DNA of 64,000 nucleotides from Eremomyces bilateralis CBS 781.70 (taxonomy: Eukaryota): assembly GCA_010015585.1 (NCBI GenBank), contig ML975150.1. One strand, written 5' to 3'. Position 1 is the first letter of the stretch; every line of letters starts with the position of its first letter. A model generated the notes under the pieces. That model saw only the letters and a program-made list of their open reading frames with translations. It had not been told where the DNA came from and did no database searches. The position numbers and the translations under genes are program-made. Of the stretch, positions 1 to 11,128 are shown piece by piece.

Positions 1-30
1 CAGTAGCGGAACTTGCAGGGGCCAATCAAC
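1..30 (+). repeat. Left terminal inverted repeat
   Basis: 29/30 match to the reverse complement of 7341-7370. Confidence 0.95.
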
Positions 31-225
31 GGTGGATCAACGGTTGAATGGAATCAACGGTGGATGGATGGTTGAATCTTGGACGACGTATAGAAATGAT
101 ATACGTGGAAGGTGCTATACCGTGGATTACGAAATACCGTGGATCAACGGTAGATTCCGGTACACGAAGTTGAAAATTCCTCGAGGATTCCGATAAACCG
201 TTAATTCACCGTTGATTCACCGTTA
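25..225. repeat. Left subterminal repeat array (ATCAACGGT / ACCGTTRA)
   Basis: ATCAACGGT at 25, 36, 53 and 143; three reverse-oriented ACCGTT(G/A)A copies at ~197-225. Confidence 0.85.
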
Positions 226-396
226 AACTTCAACCACTGAATGAGTTCTTCTATGGATGCCACCACTCTGAACTGTGTGTCGTTTTATCTAAAAGCCCAT
301 TCTACCATCTGTGCCGCCATCGTCAAGCGCATTTAGCTTAGAGATCTCTGTCTGTAATCATTGTAAAACACTTTCCTTGCAATGAAGCTATAGAAA

Positions 397-1802
397 ATGT
401 CTACTGGACAGCAGAACTCGGTCTTAGATGCGCAGGCTCCTTATCCTCTTCTCGATTCTGACGATGAGAATCCCTCTGTTCGGGAAGATTCCCTTTCTCC
501 ACGCGTAAGTTTACTTGTTTTTATATCCCTATGAATCATTTACTATGATTTCCGAGTAAATCCCATATATATTGTAGTAATTGATTCATTTGGTGGTGAA
601 GGCACACAAGCGACAGCGCCGCGAAGAACTCTCTGCGCCGAAGAAGCGCAGTAAGGGGACGAAGAACGGACAAGCGTCCCAGTCCGAGCTTGATTTCCTG
701 TCTCAAGCAAAGAAATTTGGGCGCGAAACTCGGTGGAGTTGGTTCCTCAACCATGACACCGATGCCTATCCTTCGTTGATCCGGAAGGTATATGGCCAGG
801 ATTTTCCAGCCGAAATGACTGCGGATTCTGCCCTCTGGCGCCGGGCCAAACAGGTCTTTAAAGACCAAGTCAAAACGTTCAAGGCCCAAACCATCGAGAA
901 GATGAGAGTAAGTTCAAAATTCTAAGTCCCCAAGTCTAGATTTCCATTTCCCCCTTCTAGATCCCATTTTCAAGTCCAGATCTCATTTCCCCCTTTAGAT
1001 TTCTCTTTTTAAGTCCATATTCCATATCCCAAGTCCAGATCTACATTTCCAAGTCCATTTCAAGTTCAAATCAAGTTTAAATCTCCAGAACGCTATATTT
1101 AACTCCAGATCTATTTGTCCAAATCTAGAATTCAATGTTTAAGTATTTAACTACTATGTATGTAGGACTGGCTCGAGCAGAACGTACTCCTGAATCAAGT
1201 CTTGTCTCGACTAGATTCCGCTGGTGTTGCCCTCCATCTCGGCGAAAAGTTCTCTTCGGAGGATTTCCTTAACGTATGGTATTATATGAAGGGATATCTA
1301 GATGTAGATAAATCCTCTCAATTGGGGGAATTTTATTGCAAGTGTAAGTTATATATTTCATATATCCGCGTTTTATCTCTTGTGTTTTGTCGAACTATGT
1401 TTTATCTAGTTGTCCTTTGAATCTGGATTTTATCCATCTAGATGTATATTCTGTCTAACTGTGTCCTGGCATTTGTCCATTTAAAGCCGCATTTTGCCCA
1501 TAATCTAACGTAAAATAGCCATGTTTATGTCCCTGGGCTCGTTCGTGTGGGGGATTGTTCGGGCGGAGCGTATAGAGAAGACTGGCTCCGAAACGGCGAA
1601 ATCCAAGCTTCATAAAGCTTGGTATTCAATGTGCCTTGCGGAGCCGTTTGAGGACGTGGATAGGGAGTGTTTTAAAGAGCTATTTAATATTAGCTCTGGG
1701 CAGAGGGACCCTACACCGCGTCAAAATGACGCTACACTAGCGACAATGTCGTTTGCACTTATAGCCCCCCCTCCTCACCCCCGCGACTCTAGGTCCGGTT
1801 AG
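397..1802 (+). CDS. Transposon ORF1: four-exon orphan protein (~290 aa), candidate TnpA-like accessory factor
   Basis: ATG 397 (MSTGQQNSVLDAQAPY...). GTAAGT donors at 505, 908 and ~1343; acceptors at ~601, 1165 (ttaac..tgtag) and 1518 (ctaac..aatag). Splicing joins the ORF-track fragments 581-925, 1202-1420 and 1521-1802. Basic NLS-like KRQRR...KKRSK. Confidence 0.65.
925..1130. repeat. Degenerate tandem repeats (CCAAGTCCAGATCT(A)CATTTCC-like) inside ORF1 intron 2
   Basis: Recurrent caagtc[ct]agat...catttcc units. Confidence 0.55.
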
Positions 1803-2758
1803 TCCCCGTTCTTCTCCCCCCTCTCCTCTCTCCTTTCTCCTCTCCTCCCTCCTCTCCCCCCTCTCTCCCCTTCCATTCGCGCTGTTTCGTTTTCTATGGT
1901 CTGTAGGACCGTGTGGTTGTTTTCTGTAGTCTGGTGTTTGTGGTCTGGTTTCTGTTTCCTATTTTCTTATGTAGTGTGTTTAGAACTGTGTTTTCTGCTC
2001 TGTATTTTATATTCCTGTGCTTTTCTATCAGATGCTCCGTTTTCGTGCAATATTTCTATAGTATAGTACTGCTTACACAGCCGCTAGGTGGCATTGTGCC
2101 TGGACTTCTAGATCTTTGGGATTCCCAACGTATTCTTGGGTATAGGATACATACACGGTATGTGGTTCTTAGACAACCAAACCCAGTTCCCTAACCCCTT
2201 AATATGTCTTGGCTTCTAGTTCCTCTAGGTCATCTCTACCGCCAATAGAAGACCTACTCCCTAATCTATATCTTTATAACCTAGTAGATGATGATCCGTT
2301 GCTAAGGATGGTTCCTAGTATACTTCTTATTCCGGCACGTATTGTCTACCTGCTATAGTGGATCCTACTACCCGCCTACCTGCCTGTCTGCCCGGAATGT
2401 AATTTCCTTTACTAGTTTTCTTTTGAATGATAAAGTAAATAGAATAGAATACGATACTATGTCTAATAGCCTACTGTATTCTCAATTGCGAGAACAACTT
2501 AGGTGCATACCGGTGGTGGATTTCGAAAATTGCAAAGTCCTGATACGCCAGTGTGCCTTCCATTTCTTATATTCCGTACCTGCTACAAACGTACTTAACA
2601 CATTAAAATTCCCACATGCAACCTCTTATCTACCACAGCCTCACCTGCTACAACAGAACTTACACTTACACTCTTCATTCTTAATCTTATCCTTATTTCC
2701 TATTCTCACTCGTATCATCAATCATCTCTATATACCCATTAGATCCGACCTCGTTAAG

Positions 2759-5700
2759 ATGTCTCGTATCCCTATTCGAGGCCTAGCGGATATACTCCTT
2801 GCCAAAACGACACAAAGGCATAGTAGGGACCAAGAAGGAAGCTCTTCAAAGAAGAGGAAGATTAAGGAAGAACTTGTGGACGATAGAGAATTCCTAGCTG
2901 GGTTTAGTGATGACGAAAGTGATTATAACGTCAGTCCTGACCTACATGCCGTAAGTATAATGGATATAATAAATCTGATAAATATTCAACAGAATGACTT
3001 ACAGGTAAATAGGATCTTGCCTCTGATGACCTTACAGAGAACCTCATTGGCCTCCAGACTGACCAGGCTGAAGTCGTTGACGATAATGAGACAACCCTTC
3101 TAGATCTACACGATCTTCGGCTGCTCGAGCAGTTCCAGGATCCTGAAGAGGAAGATATAATACCAACGGTTCCTGTCGATACTATCGATGAGGACGATAT
3201 AGAGACTGTTATATCTGCCACAGTTGGATATCAGCCATCTTTCACTGCCGCACCTTCTACCGCTGTATTTGACACGGTCGCTGGTCCTAGTCACGTCACT
3301 GCTGAGGCCACTGCGGCCATCCAACCGCCTGCGGACTTCGACGACTCAACACCTGTCCCCAACCCTCGAGCAGCCCCTACATCAGACTTTGAGGTTGCAC
3401 TCGGCCTATGGTGTCAAGAGGCAGGTATCTCACGCGCTCAGTGGACAGGCCTTCGAGAAATCCTTAATATGCTGAGCGATGACGCTGTAAAGAAGCTGCC
3501 AAAGGCCCTAGATACCCTGAAGCTACATGCTGTTGGCCAACTCCCTCTCCTTGAGCTCCGTCAGACCCCCATCAAGCTTAATATTGCCAAGCTGCCTGCC
3601 TCAAGGAGGAAAATCATTATGAGCAGAGCATTAGCAGCGGGTCAGGTTGCCACTGCGCCTGACAACCTCTTCTTCTTTAACCCTATCTACCTCTTCCAAG
3701 CTATTCTCTCATCAACGATCCGCGAGCGTATGCATATCGGAATGGCCCATTTCGTTGATGAGCCGGCAGAGCTCTGGCACTCTACCGCCTGGGCCTCTTC
3801 AATCCGCTACTCCTCCGGCGAGTTCCCGCGTCTCCCCGAAGGCCAGGTAGTCTTTCCGTCTGATATTGTACTATACCAGTGCAACGAAGCTATATGCCGC
3901 TGCCACACAGACGCTGACAAAAATCACATCGGTCGCATTCTCTCGTTTGGTAGAGACTACCGTAGCCAACGTGAGCATCGTGGCCCTATTGGATCGGTCG
4001 TCGTCGAGGTCCAAAAGATCGTTCCGTTCATCGATCTTATGGATACACGCCGGGATCTCTTGCTCATGATCATCAAGCTTGACCCTCTGCCAGAAAATAA
4101 GGAACTAGTGATCCTAGAGGATGATATTTCTATGGTTCTCGAGAGTGCTCTTACTCCATATACCTTCAACTTTGACATCTTCCTTGACTATGCCTTCGAG
4201 AGCAGCGTTAAGCTTAGAGACGACAAGAGCCATATTCAAGGCCAGCTCTTTATCCGCCGTATTTTCCGTGGGGACAATATCCGCCCTCTAAACCAGTCTA
4301 GGGCTATCCGTGGCCAGATAGAGATAGCGGAATATGGTCGCCAGTATCTCGTTGACAAGTTTAGCAAAAGTTCTAACATTATCTCTATTCCCCTGCTCGC
4401 CTTTCTTGACGGGTTCGGCTTATTTCGGAACATGTACCGTACGATTATGGGGTTCTATCTCTTATTAGCGCCTCTCCGCAGTTCAGACCGTAATAAGAGG
4501 CAGAATGTCTTCCCACTTACACTCGGCCCGCATGGCAGCAACTTTACAGAGGTTACCGATGCCCTTAGAGGTAGAATAACACAGCTCGAACGAGGCATTG
4601 ATATGCTTATCACCGGTAAGCAGTTTACCGTCTGCGTCTCTGTTATGGCATATATTGGTGATATGCCCCAGCAGCAGACCAATTCAGGCTTCCGATCTGT
4701 CGCCGCCGAATCTACTTGCAGGATGTGTCTTGTCGAGACTGCCCAACGTGGCCTCCTTGATTTTGATATCGAAGCCCGCGGCCGATACCACTATGAAGTT
4801 ATACGTCAGAGGGCTTCTATCCGAAGCAGACCTAACAAGATCCAGAGGAAGATTACGGCCGATAAGTTAGGTATGGAAGCAGAGGACCCGGCATTGATGA
4901 AACTGAGTCCTGCTCTTGATCTCGTCCTCTCCCGTCCTCCCGATCCTTTCCACTCTGAACTCAATGGCATCACGAAGCTTACGCACCTTCTGTGGAATGG
5001 AGATCTCTTGACAAAAAAGGCCGCAGCCGAATATGGTCGGTTGCTCCGCTCTTTTCCGTTCCCTCCCGGATGGGGTCGTCTCCAAGCTCCTGAGCACTAC
5101 ATCGGAAGCTACTCCCTTCAAGAGCACGCCCGATGGAGCGTTATTGCCCCCTGCCTGGCTCGAGTTTGGTTACGCGAAAAGCATATCCAGAATGCGTACT
5201 TCGAGGGCGTCCATATTGCGTTTAAAGATATTATGGTCGAGATTGGTGAATCTAGCAAGAACCCCAGCAGACAGCTTGTCCCAAACTTGATCGTTACGGC
5301 GTTATCGGCGATTGCCAAGTCTAACATGCTCTGCACTGCTTCTCACCTGACGCAAGGAGAGCGTCAAACTTTCGATACGGATATCAAGCGGTGCCGTGAC
5401 ATGTTTAAGCGGCTCTGCAGAGCTGCTGCTCTTGCGTCGTCGAGTCGTCGGACATCTGTTAATCCGCCTGCCTCAGATACTGCCCCCCAGGTAGGCGGAA
5501 AATCAACTGCTAGCCAGATAGTCGTCTCATCGATCGAGACGCCAGGGCCAATGCAAGGACAGACAGCCATAGATGGTGCCCTCACCACAAAAAAGGCCAT
5601 CCAGTTCCAACGGGATCAGCAGAGGCCAAATGTCCATATTGGTTTACATTTTCAAGAGGTTCTCCGTGAGTATGCCATCCCTGCTAACGCGGGTGTCCTG

Positions 5701-6609
5701 CCTGGTGAGAACAAGCATAAGGAGTACAAGAATGCCATCCTCCTTACAAATAAGCGCAACCCTGAGAAGGACCTCCTCTAGCGCGAGAATATTCGTCAAA
5801 CCCTCCGCCTCGCCCTTACCGGTGCCTTTCCTAATGCCAAGATCACTAAGCAGCTCCAAGACATTGACCAAGCCTGTCCAACGCTCTTCCGCACTCTGTT
5901 TCCACAGGAGACTATGCGTCTGGCGATCGATGAAGATAATACCGGCGATACCGTCGAGAACATCATCTTTGACGATGGTCATCGTAATCCTACAGCGCAG
6001 TCTAAGATCCAGCAGAAGTATTGCCGCGAGACGCTCAAGCTCCCTACACGCCCGTCACATATGACAGCAGGTTTCCGTGGTAATTTATCCTCTGCCTATC
6101 TCCGAGACTATGGGCGGAACGTACACCATATGGGAACCAGTGTCGTCGAGTGGTGGAAGAAGTTCTCGTTTGATGCCAATAATAAGAGGACTACTTTTGG
6201 ACGAGGTGACTTCATCCAGGTCCGTGGTACCACCCTTAAGGTATGCGGTATCGACGATATCTTCACGCATGAAGCGCTGCCCGGCTATAAGCGCCTGTTC
6301 CTCATCCTGACGCCCACCTTGCAACCCACCGAACGTGTCGATCCTGCGCCTACCTCACAACACACCGGATGCGTCAATCCTGTATCGACCTCGCAAGCCA
6401 CCGGACGTATTGACCCTATTCTCAAGCTCCCTCTCCTGCGTATTGAAGGCGAGGAGCAGCAGTTCTTCGTCGGCCTTCCTGCTATCGAAGCTACCAAGCT
6501 CTTTATCCTCCCCGTCAAGGAACACGACGGACATGACAATGAGATACCGTTGGACAAGGATTCGGACACGCTGCTATATGTAAACTGGAGCAAGATCCAC
6601 TTTATGTAG
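2759..6609 (+). pseudogene. CMC/Plavaka-like DDE transposase (~1,260 codons) interrupted by a single in-frame TAG at 5779-5781
   Basis: Exon 2759-2950, intron 2951-3012 (GTAAGT...TGAC...TAG), then one frame 3013-6609 that includes ORFs 3469-5781 and 5914-6609. Motifs: FLDGFG..RN (D1), GDMPQQ (D2), CRMC, DPFH, RPNVHIGLH...GENKHK (E). Confidence 0.82.
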
Positions 6610-6710
6610 TGCCTGGCGCCAGACAAGCTTAAGATAGCTGGCTGTCAGGAGAGATAGATGAGACGGATCTGTGTAATAAGAAGGGCGCTCTGGTGGCTTG
6701 CAAACTATAC

Positions 6711-6832
6711 GATAGATGGATGGATGGATGGATGGATGGATGGATGGATAGATGGATGGATAGATGGGTGGATGGATTCTGATGGCTTACAAAGTGTATG
6801 ATGGATGGACGAGATGAATAGATGGATAGATC
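6711..6832. repeat. (GATG/GATA)n microsatellite inside the transposon 3' region
   Basis: gatagatggatggatggatg... run. Confidence 0.95.
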
Positions 6833-7149
6833 GCTGCACTGATGGCATCAAATGGGTGTCTGGGACCGATGGGACGAAAACAATACACCGGCATACACTT
6901 CCTACCGTGGGAGGTAAAGTCTCTCTACACCGACCACAGGAGCGCCGCACTACCTCTAACCCACCCAACTCTGTTCGACTCTTAACATGAAGGGGATTTT
7001 ACACGCGATACAGCGATGTATGTATAATACACAGGCTTTCCGATAAGCTTAGCAAAACATTCAAGCAGCATGGGGGGCTGGTTGTAACGAGTAAAACATT
7101 CCTGCAAGTGAACCACGTGATTAGTAGTCGATCTGCGGTGGACAAACCA

Positions 7150-7346
7150 ATCAACGGTATAGACCCCGATCAACCGTTGATATACCGTTGAATAAGTCTA
7201 TACGTATAATGAAATCAACGGTGTAGGCGAAAATCAACCGTTGAATGCGTTATACGAAGATGCGAAATCAACGGGGAAACTTCGGTTGATTCGTATCAAC
7301 GGTTGATTTCTTTCAACGGTGGATCAACGGTATATCAACGGTTGAT
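7150..7346. repeat. Right subterminal repeat array (TCAACGG / TCAACSGTTGA)
   Basis: About 10 copies, at ~7150, 7169, 7183, 7214, 7233, 7267, 7295, 7312, 7323 and 7334, in both orientations. Confidence 0.9.
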
Positions 7347-7370
7347 TGGCCCCTGCAAGTTCCACTACTG
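7341..7370 (-). repeat. Right terminal inverted repeat
   Basis: gttgattggcccctgcaagttccactactg. Confidence 0.95.
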
Positions 7371-7688
7371 ATCTACCCATCCCTTCTGCCTTAGGCCGCA
7401 AGGCCACAACATACAGACTGGGCGAAGCCCAAGACTGTCACAAATATTCATATTATTCATATTCGTGAAGAGCGAATATGAATAAGGGCCATATTCGTAT
7501 TCATTTATTCATTTCGGAGCTCTAGTACCATCCCATCGCCAATTTGATTTCAAAGCATTTGCATTACTAATCAAACATTACTTATCAGCTGTCGCCACTT
7601 ATACTGTTCGTCCAGTATATAATGACTTCATCTGCAGGGGAGGTAGGCGGGGAGGAGGCTGAAGAAATCTTGAGAAAGCTTGGGAAAG

Positions 7689-10600
7689 TTATCGAGCAAA
7701 TTCCATCATCGTAACTCTTCCAGACGCGTACCCGAATGCAACTACGCCTCCATAGACAGCAATGCGGCTTGGCCTATGCTCAAGAGGAAGCCAAAGGATT
7801 CGCTCGGTACGGCGACTCACCCATTGGTCCTGGACAAAGATAGAAGACGGAAGCTGTGAGCTAATTACAGGCGTAATATTAGAGGGAGTTTGTAAAATAG
7901 GTAAGGATCCTCGGTTGGTCTGAAGAGAGGTGCCGTCATTGGAGAAAGACAGAGTTTCGAGGACGGCCCCAACCTCGAGCGTCTGCAGCACTGCGCCCGA
8001 CCCGGCGTCCCACAGCCTGGCCGTCCCGTCACCCGAAGCCAACGCCAGCGTCTTGCCGTCCGGCGAGAACGCCATGGCCGTGATGGTGCCCGAATGGCCC
8101 TTGAGCCTCTGCAGCGCCGCGCCCGACCCGGTGTCCCATAGCCGGACGGTGCGGTCCCCCGAAGCCGACGCCAGCGTCTTGCCGTCCGGCGAGAAGGCCA
8201 CGGCTGTGACGTCGTACCCATTGCGCTTAAGCATTTGTAGTACAGCGCCCGACCCGGCGTCCCATAGCCGGACAGTGCCGTCCTCCCAACCCGACGCCAG
8301 CATCTTGCCGTCTAGCGAGAACGCCATGGCCATGACGGCGCCCTTATAACCCCTGAGAATCTTCAGCGCGCCGCGCTTATGACCCATGAGCCTCAGCAGC
8401 GCGGCGCCCGACCCGGCGTCCCATTGCAGGACGGCGCCGTCCCACGGAGCCGACGCCAGCATCTTGCCGTCCCATCGCAGGACGGTGCCGTCCCACGAAG
8501 CCGACGCCAGCGTCTTGCCGTCCGGTGAGAAGGCCACGGCAGAGACGGTGTCCGAATGACCCTTGAGTGTCTGCAGCGCGGCGCCCGATCCGGTGTCCCA
8601 TCGCCGGACGGTGCGGTCCACCGAAGCCGACGCCAGCGTCTTGCCGTCCGGCGAGAAGGCCACGGACAAAACGGGGCACTTATGGCCCTTGAGCATCTGT
8701 AGCGCGGCACCCGATCCGGCGTCCCATAGCCGGACGGTGCGGTCCCCCGAAGCCGACGCCAGCGTCTTGCCGTCCGGTGAGAAGGCCACGGCAAAGACGG
8801 GGCGCTTATGACCCTTCAGCGTCTGTAGCGCGGCGCCCGACCCAGCGTCCCATCGTCGGACGGTGCCATCGCACGAAACCGACGCCAGCGTCTTGTTATC
8901 CGGCGAGAAGGCCACGGCCGTGACGCAGCGCTCATCGAACTCGAGCGTCTGTAGCGCGGGGTCCTCATCGCCATCGAGCTTCTGTAGCGCGGCGACCCAG
9001 TAGCCCTTGAGCGTCGGTAGCGCGGCGTCCCCATGGCCCTTGAGCGTCTGTAGCGCGGCGCCCGACCCGGTGTCCCATAGCCGGAGGGTGCCGTCCCACG
9101 AAGCCGACGCCAGCGTCTTGCCGTCCGGCGAGAACGCCACAGACATGACGGGTCCCGAATGGCCCTCGAGCGTCTGGAGTGCGGCACCCGACCCGGCGTC
9201 CCATCGCCGGACGGTGCCATCCCACGAAACCGACGCCAGCGTCTTGTTATCCGGCGAGAAGGCCACGGCCGTGGCAGCGCCATTATCGACCTTGAACTTC
9301 TGTAGCATGGCGCCCCCATGGCCCTCGAGCGTCTGTAGTGCGGCGCCCGACCTGGCGTCCCATAGCCGGATAGGGCCGTCCCACGAAGCCGAGGCCAGCG
9401 TCTTGCCATCAGGCGAGAAGGCCACGGACGTGACGGGGCCCGAATGGCCCTCGAGCGTCTGTAGCAGCGCGTTCCATTTCTCCGAGACCCGGGGCAATTG
9501 CAATATCTCCCCGGATATGCGCCCTTCGAACTGCTTCCTTATTACGCTAGTTGTTGGTACGAATATGAGGCAACTCCAGTACGTCTGAAGTGGAGCCTGC
9601 TCGATCGCTGGCCGGTTATAGAGTATAAACCGCTTGGCGTCATAAATGAAATCCGAGAAACCAGGGGGATTACGCTCAGTAGCATGAACGACCTGGCGTT
9701 GATACGCAGGAATTGAAGCTGATGGTACGGAGCCGGAGATCCATTTCAACATGTGCTGGAACTTCTTCGGAAAGGTCTTCGAGCGGTTTATCCGGCTCGG
9801 AGGTATATTGACAGCGGTCAACGACTCTAAAGAAGTAATTGCGTGTACTCCTTCCGGAACCTTCCCCATCCATCCAAGAGCTTCAAGCCAATGAAGAAGA
9901 TGCTCCTGCAGGAACTGGTGTATATAGTCATTATCGGATGGTTGGATCTCGCTCCTTAAAACATGCTCGACCCAAAAGAGGCATGCGTACTGGACTTCGG
10001 GAGGAAGACTTTGCTCAATTTGGGTTCTCTCGACCTCGCTCGCAAGCAGGCCAGGCGCATCTAAACCGCAGATGTCTTGCTTAAGCCACTTCGACATAAC
10101 TTGTATACAGCTGGCTGCCAAAATCTGATGGGCTTGCTTCTTATCTATAAAGAGATTTAGATCCCGGCATCTTTCGCTATTAAGTAGAAAGTCGCGAAAC
10201 GAGGGGTGGTGTAGACGAAGCGGACGACTGTCAACTTTCGGGACGTCTAGGATAGCATGAAGATTCTTTAATATCTGATCGATATTTTGCCTAGAGACAC
10301 CGAGCAATAGGTAAAGCGATCTAGTAGAGAGCGGTGAGAATAGAATCGCAATACTTCCAAGGATATGCCGTTGCATATGGTATAACCTCTCCTGCTCTTC
10401 TGTAGAGTATTTTGGCCGGATGGCTTTCTTTAGAACGGTAGTGTATAGCTCATTGAGGTGCTCCTCTGGTGCGCCAGTTGATAAGCTACCTTTTAGGAGG
10501 GTTTGTAGTCTCTCATCGGCGAAGGGGCCATCTTGAATAAATCGGTAGGCAGTTGCCGCCCAAATGAACAATCCACCTGCCATCTTAACTAGGCGCCTGA

Positions 10601-11020
10601 TAATCTCTTCGCCTGGCCAGTAGGTATCGAGAGATCGTTCCTTCCTAAGAAGCTTGAGTTTATGCTCGAAGAAGATAGTGATGTCGTGGTCTATAATCGA
10701 CGGTGATATATCATGGAGTATAAAATCTCGGTGTTCTACATCCGGTATCTGGCCAAATTTATACTTGATTGATACCTCGGGGCGGCTTGTTAGAAAGATC
10801 CGCAGTCGAATCGTCTTTAATGCTCGAGCTTCAGCCAATAGGCTAATAATGATCCGGATATTATCATCATTATCGCACTCATCGAGGGCATCAACGATAA
10901 GAACGTACGAGGATTGGCAACCATTTTCGCGTAGCTTTAACAGCGGATGTAGGATAAGTTGCTGCCACTGGTCGCGGAGAGACTGGCTCGTAATATCGCG
11001 GCGCTTTTCAATAGCCTGCA
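7689..11020 (-). CDS. NACHT-WD40 (NWD, HET-E/HET-D-like) fungal NLR, 5'-truncated: Walker B present, Walker A and N-terminal domain absent
   Basis: Frame extends upstream of 10838 as AIEKRRDITSQSLRDQWQQLILHPL...VLIVDALDEC (Walker B), followed by FLTSRPE, GLFIWA, HPSFRDFL, HLLHWLE and 10 near-identical WD40 repeats (LQTLxGH..V.AVAFSPDGKTLASAS.D.TVRLWD). In-frame TAA at ~11064-11066 and no GxxGxGKS upstream. Confidence 0.9.
7930..9465 (-). repeat. High-internal-conservation WD40 tandem array (~126-bp unit, 10 units) with nested 33-bp and 51-bp duplications
   Basis: Repeated gaagccgacgccagcgtcttgccgtccggcgagaa; visibly more GC-rich than the NACHT part. Confidence 0.95.
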
Positions 11021-11128
11021 GCGGCTGTGTCAGTTTAGCCCTATCACTATCGCGATGAATACCTTACACATTCCGCCCCCAGAGCACTGGCAGATGAGCT
11101 GGGATTCGCATCCTCTCCAGGCTCGCAG

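Larger units (their letters stand above)
1..7370 (+). mobile_element. Full-length class II DNA transposon, CMC (CACTA/EnSpm-Mirage-Chapaev)/Plavaka-like, carrying two genes
   Basis: 1-30 CAGTAGCGGAACTTGCAGGGGCCAATCAAC matches the reverse complement of 7341-7370 (CAGTAGTGGAACTTGCAGGGGCCAATCAAC) at 29/30. Subterminal repeat arrays at both ends and an internal DDE transposase. TSD cannot be assessed because the left flank is outside the window. Confidence 0.92.

Noticed and set aside
25..225. Short repeats as a CRISPR-like array
   Set aside because: The 9-11-bp motifs are in mixed orientation without regular unique spacers, the context is eukaryotic, and they are explained as transposon subterminal repeats.
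2342..2758. N-terminal part of the 253-aa ORF 2342-3103
   Set aside because: Non-ATG start and AT-rich, promoter-like sequence; only 2759-2950 fits as transposase exon 1.
397..6609. Fanzor/TnpB or TET/JBP cargo in the transposon
   Set aside because: No RuvC D-E-D plus zinc-finger pattern and no dioxygenase HxD...H signature recognisable outside the DDE transposase.
7865..9588. Arg-rich and Ser/Ala-rich alternative-frame and antisense ORFs
   Set aside because: Shadows of the GC-rich WD40 repeats.
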